This document shows positions 60,214-64,000 of a stretch of DNA of 64,000 bases, piece after piece (within the stretch, counting starts at the first letter, position 1; every line of letters starts with the position of its first letter). Source of the stretch: Cyanobacteria bacterium P01_A01_bin.123 (GTDB lineage Bacteria; Cyanobacteriota; Cyanobacteriia; Phormidesmidales; Phormidesmidaceae); assembly GCA_039815185.1 (NCBI GenBank), contig JBCBZT010000024.1, positions 32,001 to 96,000 on the forward strand, read 5' to 3'. Made by a program: the position numbers and the translations under genes. Below the pieces are notes generated by a model. That model saw only the letters and a list, made by a program, of their open reading frames with translations, did not search any database and was not told where the DNA came from.

Positions 60214-60975
60214 ATGGTGACTGGTCAGAACGAGTTTTCTCATTCGTCTTCAGTCGTATCTAAAGTACGTTTGCAACTCAGCGATCGCAGCCCTAGACAA
60301 GCCCAGCGATCGCCCTCTGCCCCACTACAGAGGCAAACCTATTATGACCATAAACACCAACAAACCCCAGCCCAACGCCTATCAAAGGCAATCAACGATC
60401 TGCACAAGCTTAGAAACTATGCCGACATGATTTATCGGGCTGAATCCTGGAGTGAGATGGAATCAGGGCAGTCAAAGGGAACCCCAGCCCTGGTCGATGA
60501 AAGCTGTGTAATTCTCGATAGCCTTACCGATGAGCTATCAGAGTTACACGCAGGCTTGCTCTACGGTAGGCCACAGATCCAAGCCCAGCTCACCGCGCAA
60601 GAGAGAGCCGTCAAATACCAAACCCTGATCCGAGGCTTACCCGTCGTCGCTGCATACCTGCATGACATCAGCTCTGAAGTGTTCGGTCACTTGGATGTCT
60701 ACGCCTCGATTGAAGCCCGCTTAAACCGTCCCCCGGCTGAGCTGAGAGGACAACCGCTCACAGCCCAGCGCTTTCCATCTGAAGTGATTGAGATTAGGCG
60801 TCACTGCATCCAAAAGACAATCAGTAACGATCAAGGCCACACTGAGCGCTATACCTTTCAAGATGATCAGTTCTGGCGCTTCCGGTATACGGCAATCCCG
60901 TTGTATGGGGCTGAAGAAGTGCTATGCGTGATTGAGGATGATCAGGATTGGCAGCTTGGGTATTGGACTGATTAG
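60214..60975 (+). CDS. Hypothetical protein, possible C-terminal PAS-like domain
   Basis: 253-aa ORF followed by a terminator; the C-terminal third has a PAS-like pattern. Confidence 0.65.
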   Translation: MVTGQNEFSHSSSVVSKVRLQLSDRSPRQAQRSPSAPLQRQTYYDHKHQQTPAQRLSKAINDLHKLRNYADMIYRAESWSEMESGQSKGTPALVDESCVILDSLTDELSELHAGLLYGRPQIQAQLTAQERAVKYQTLIRGLPVVAAYLHDISSEVFGHLDVYASIEARLNRPPAELRGQPLTAQRFPSEVIEIRRHCIQKTISNDQGHTERYTFQDDQFWRFRYTAIPLYGAEEVLCVIEDDQDWQLGYWTD

Positions 60976-61000
60976 TGGGAATGCAGTCAACAGTATGATG

Positions 61001-61025
61001 AACCCGGTCATTGCGACCGGGTTTT
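61001..61025 (+). terminator. Terminator after the hypothetical gene
   Basis: AACCCGGTC-ATTGC-GACCGGGTT-TT. Confidence 0.72.
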
Positions 61026-61096
61026 ATCTTGTAAATGCGACGCGCCAACGTTTTCGATATCGGTGACGCGTCACCGTTTTGTCGTTAGGTCTGAAG

Positions 61097-61195
61097 TGAA
61101 GATCTTGTATACCACCTGATCCCTGTGCTACGAAGGGTGAAAGGTTGGGGGAAGGGGATGGCGAATCCTGAGCATGTGGAGCGGCTGAAGGCTGG
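61097..61195 (+). repeat. 99-bp inverted repeat, left arm
   Basis: Reverse complement of 63644-63742 with 5 mismatches; perfect blocks of 41 bp (61104-61144) and 30 bp (61146-61175). Confidence 0.95.
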
Positions 61196-62225
61196 GGTTG
61201 AGGAATGGAATGAGTGGAGAAGGGCGAATCCTGATGCGCTAATAAATCTAGAGGGTGCTGACCTGAGCCATTCTAACCTCGACCATGTCAACCTCGACCA
61301 TGTCAACCTCGACCATGTCAACCTCGACTATGTCAACCTGAGCCATGCTAACCTCTGCAGTGCTCATCTCTCCTGCGCTTATCTCTGGGGTGCAGACCTT
61401 GTAGGTGCCAGCCTCAGTCGTGCCTACCTCGGTAATGCTCAACTCAGTAATGCCCACCTCAGCGGTGGACGCCTCAGCGGTGGACGCCTCAGCGGTGGAC
61501 ACCTCAGCGGTGCTGACCTCTGGTGTACTGACCTCAGCGACGCTGACCTTAGCGACGCCAACCTCAGCGATGCTGACCTGACTAATGCTAACCTCGCTAT
61601 AGCTAGCGTCCTTGGAGCCAACTTTTCAGGTGCAGTCCTAACAGGTGCCTGTATCGAAGACTGGAATATCAACAGTCAGACAAACCTAGCAGGCATTATC
61701 TGCGAATACATCTATCTCCAACAAGGCCAGCAAAAACGCCGACCCCTCTCAGGCACCTTTGCTCCTGGCGACTTTGCGAGGCTAGTCCAAAAAACAGTCA
61801 GCACCATTGACCTGATCTTCCGTAATGGCATCAATTGGGAAGCCTTCGCACAATCCTATGAGCAGCTACGGATAGAAGCGGGCAGCGATGAGCTGAAGAT
61901 CAAATCCATTGAAGACAAGGACGATGGTGGCTTTGTCGTTCGCGTGAACACACCGCCCGGTGCCGACAATGCCAAAATCCAGCAGTTCCTTGAAGAGAAC
62001 TATCAGAAGCGGCTCAAGGCGATTGAGGATCGCTACCGTGCCCAGTTGCAGGCCAAGGATGAAAAGCTAGATATCTACCGCCAAGAAAACACAAACCTTT
62101 GGGCGATCGCCCAAGCATTGGCGACCAGACCACCATCGGTAACTCAAAACATTAATGCTATCTACGGCGGCAATGCTGGCAGTGTAGGGAGTGCTCAGAA
62201 CATCAACCCACCCCCTGAGCCATAG
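61158..62225 (+). CDS. Pentapeptide repeat protein A
   Basis: MANPEH start after GGGGGAAGGGG; pentapeptide repeats; LTGACIEDWNIN..T.L....C.YIYL, RRP..G.F..G.F; coiled-coil C-terminus. Confidence 0.9.
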   Translation: MANPEHVERLKAGVEEWNEWRRANPDALINLEGADLSHSNLDHVNLDHVNLDHVNLDYVNLSHANLCSAHLSCAYLWGADLVGASLSRAYLGNAQLSNAHLSGGRLSGGRLSGGHLSGADLWCTDLSDADLSDANLSDADLTNANLAIASVLGANFSGAVLTGACIEDWNINSQTNLAGIICEYIYLQQGQQKRRPLSGTFAPGDFARLVQKTVSTIDLIFRNGINWEAFAQSYEQLRIEAGSDELKIKSIEDKDDGGFVVRVNTPPGADNAKIQQFLEENYQKRLKAIEDRYRAQLQAKDEKLDIYRQENTNLWAIAQALATRPPSVTQNINAIYGGNAGSVGSAQNINPPPEP

Positions 62226-62229
62226 TCCC

Positions 62230-63681
62230 TTATTTCCCCTTCTCCCAGCCATCAACAGCGGCAACCACGATCGCCCCAGCAGGATGCTCGACCAGCTTCT
62301 CAACTGCCTTTTTGCCAGCGCTCTTGATTGCTCCAACAATTCTGCCTCTAAGTTGGGGATTGCTCTTGATCTGAGCTTCAGCCTTAGCAGGCACTTCAGT
62401 CAAGGGATATGTCTCTGAAAGCTGCTCTAATAGGGCTTGAATCTCCTGTGCTGCCTCAGCAAGGGTCTTCTGCTGTTCAGGAGTGTAGACGTTCATATCG
62501 CCTTCGACATTGCCTGCAACGCCACCATAGACAGTGCCGATCTCTTGTTTGACTTTGGGGTTCTCTGCCATTGCTTTTACCATTGCCTCCTGTGATTCAA
62601 TTAATCGGTTGTGCGATTCAAACAGTCGGTTAATTGTTTGTGTGCCCCGCTCGACTTGCCCCTCCAAATCTTTGATACGAGTTTTATAACCCTGCATTAT
62701 TCCAGCGTGGATCTGAGGTTGATCCGCATCAAGGGCAGATCTGAGCTTGACGATTACAACCCCATCGCCTTTGTTTTCAATGCTTTCAACTTCGATCTGA
62801 GCACCTGCATGTTCGACCTGCACCTGCTTAAAGGAATGGGCAAAAGCTCTCCAGTCCAGTCCTTCTCTAAAGATCAGGTCGATGGTGTCACGGCTCTGCT
62901 GGTAGAGCTTGGTGAACTCACCAGGCTTGAAAGTGCCTGTTAGTGGACGGCGCTCCTGTTGGTTGCGTTTCAGGTAGATGTATTCGCAGACCACCCCCTC
63001 TAGGTTTGTCTCGCTGTTGATATTCCAGTCCTTGATGCAAGCGCCTGTCAGTGTTGCGCCTTGAAAATTAGCTCCGAGGGCTTGGGCACCGCTGAGGTCG
63101 GCCATGTTGAGTTCGGCACTGCTGAGGTCGGCACCGTTGAGGTCGGCACCGTTGAGGATGGCATTGATGAGGTTGGCATCGCTGAGATCGGCCCTTCTGA
63201 GGTTGGCACCGTTGAGGATGGCATTGATGAGGTTGGCACATCTGAGTTCGGCACCGCTGAGGTTGGCATCGCTGAGGTTGGCACCGTTGAGTTCGGCCCT
63301 TCTAAGGTCGGCCATGTTGAGTTCGGCCCTGCTGAGGTCGGCACAGTTGAGGTCGGCACAGTTGAGGATGGCATTGATGAGGTTGGCATCGCTGAGACAG
63401 GCATTGTTGAGGTTGGCATTGCTGAGATCGGCAATAATGAGGTTGGCATAGGAGAGGTTGGCACGACTGAGGTCGGCACCTCTGAGGTCGGTATCTCTGA
63501 GGTCGGCACTGCTGAGATCGGCATCGCTGAGATCGGCATCGCTGAGGTTGGCATCGCTGAGGTTGGCTTGCCAGATTGTGGCACCACTAAGATCTGGCTT
63601 TATTTCAGGATTCCTTGCTCTCCACTCATCCCATCCCCAAAAACCAGCCTTCAACCGTTCCAAATGCTCAGGATTCGCCAT
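62230..63681 (-). CDS. Pentapeptide repeat protein B (paralog of A)
   Basis: Same MANPEH start and LTGACIKDWNIN block; more repeats; C-terminal QKTLAEAAQEIQALLEQL domain. Confidence 0.9.
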   Translation of the reverse strand: MANPEHLERLKAGFWGWDEWRARNPEIKPDLSGATIWQANLSDANLSDADLSDADLSSADLRDTDLRGADLSRANLSYANLIIADLSNANLNNACLSDANLINAILNCADLNCADLSRAELNMADLRRAELNGANLSDANLSGAELRCANLINAILNGANLRRADLSDANLINAILNGADLNGADLSSAELNMADLSGAQALGANFQGATLTGACIKDWNINSETNLEGVVCEYIYLKRNQQERRPLTGTFKPGEFTKLYQQSRDTIDLIFREGLDWRAFAHSFKQVQVEHAGAQIEVESIENKGDGVVIVKLRSALDADQPQIHAGIMQGYKTRIKDLEGQVERGTQTINRLFESHNRLIESQEAMVKAMAENPKVKQEIGTVYGGVAGNVEGDMNVYTPEQQKTLAEAAQEIQALLEQLSETYPLTEVPAKAEAQIKSNPQLRGRIVGAIKSAGKKAVEKLVEHPAGAIVVAAVDGWEKGK

Positions 63682-63742
63682 CCCCTTCCCCCAGCCTTTC
63701 ACCCTTCGTAGCACAGGGATCAGGTGGTATACAAGCTCTTCA
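63644..63742 (-). repeat. 99-bp inverted repeat, right arm
   Basis: Partner of 61097-61195. Confidence 0.95.
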
Positions 63743-64000
63743 ACTTGTGTTTAATTAATACGCTTGGGCTAATGCGTGACGCCGTCACGTTTTTTGAGGG
63801 CATTGTTGCCACTGCCCCACCACCAATCCCCTCGCTATCCTCTTAGGAGTCGAGTCAGGCCAACGCATTGCAAACCATCGCCCCGATAGACTTCAACACC
63901 TTGTGTGACGGCTCACTCAGGCAAGTAGGCAAGATCCGCTACAGCTTCCTTGAGGCGGGCTGGTTAGCCTTTGAGGGGTTAGCAGGCTGGACGAACACGC

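Larger units (their letters stand above)
1..64000. repeat. HIP1 octamer GCGATCGC dispersed through the window
   Basis: Many exact copies in coding and non-coding DNA (e.g. near 193, 975, 31239, 33068); well-known cyanobacterial signature. Not seen in the AT-rich genes at 28677-29309 and 33675-35294. Confidence 0.95.
58800..64000. mobile_element. Left end of an integrative element or genomic island at tRNA-Gly; right end outside the window
   Basis: Tyrosine integrase immediately 3' of a tRNA, followed by non-core cargo; no second att copy seen in the window. Confidence 0.7.

Noticed and set aside
61097..63742. Diversity-generating retroelement or IS terminal inverted repeats
   Set aside because: No reverse transcriptase or transposase between or beside the arms; mismatches are not adenine-specific.
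63048..63754. Several long overlapping ORFs (EVGTV, MPTSA, LRSAP repeats), and similar ones at 46741-47772 and 61085-61672
   Set aside because: Shadow frames of pentapeptide-repeat codons, which lack stops in other frames.
63790..64000. Possible gene end at the right window edge
   Set aside because: The minus-strand frames I translated contain stops and no recognisable product; needs flanking sequence.

Overview
Cyanobacterial chromosome window, judged from dense HIP1 GCGATCGC octamers plus petCA, chlH and a ccmK-type gene; probably a filamentous Leptolyngbya-like strain (inference). Most of it is core genes: two hybrid histidine kinases, murD, glyS, prs, an RRM protein, petC-petA, chlH, codB, glycosyltransferases, an RND pump and tRNA-Gly(CCC). 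Five regions stand out. (1) 46674-49456: three co-oriented exported proteins, centred on an 81-aa lipopeptide made of DPCAA repeats next to a lipoprotein of the formylglycine-generating-enzyme (SUMF1/EgtB/PvdO) family with an atypical two-Cys motif; a candidate undescribed RiPP or metal-binding system. (2) 28451-35294: a cassette-like island around an intact RAYT, with two REP families, HIP1-bounded units, a 396-bp direct repeat carrying a toxin-deleted brnT module, other TA remnants and an orphan ccmK. (3) 58728-64000: an integrase element at tRNA-Gly whose two convergent pentapeptide-repeat genes share a 99-bp inverted repeat, possibly an invertible segment. (4) 18474-22934: a solute-binding protein plus two dCache receptors with no recognisable enzymatic output. 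(5) 23122-26569: a long LarA-like protein beside an AEC transporter. All family calls come from motif recognition by eye; no database searches were run.
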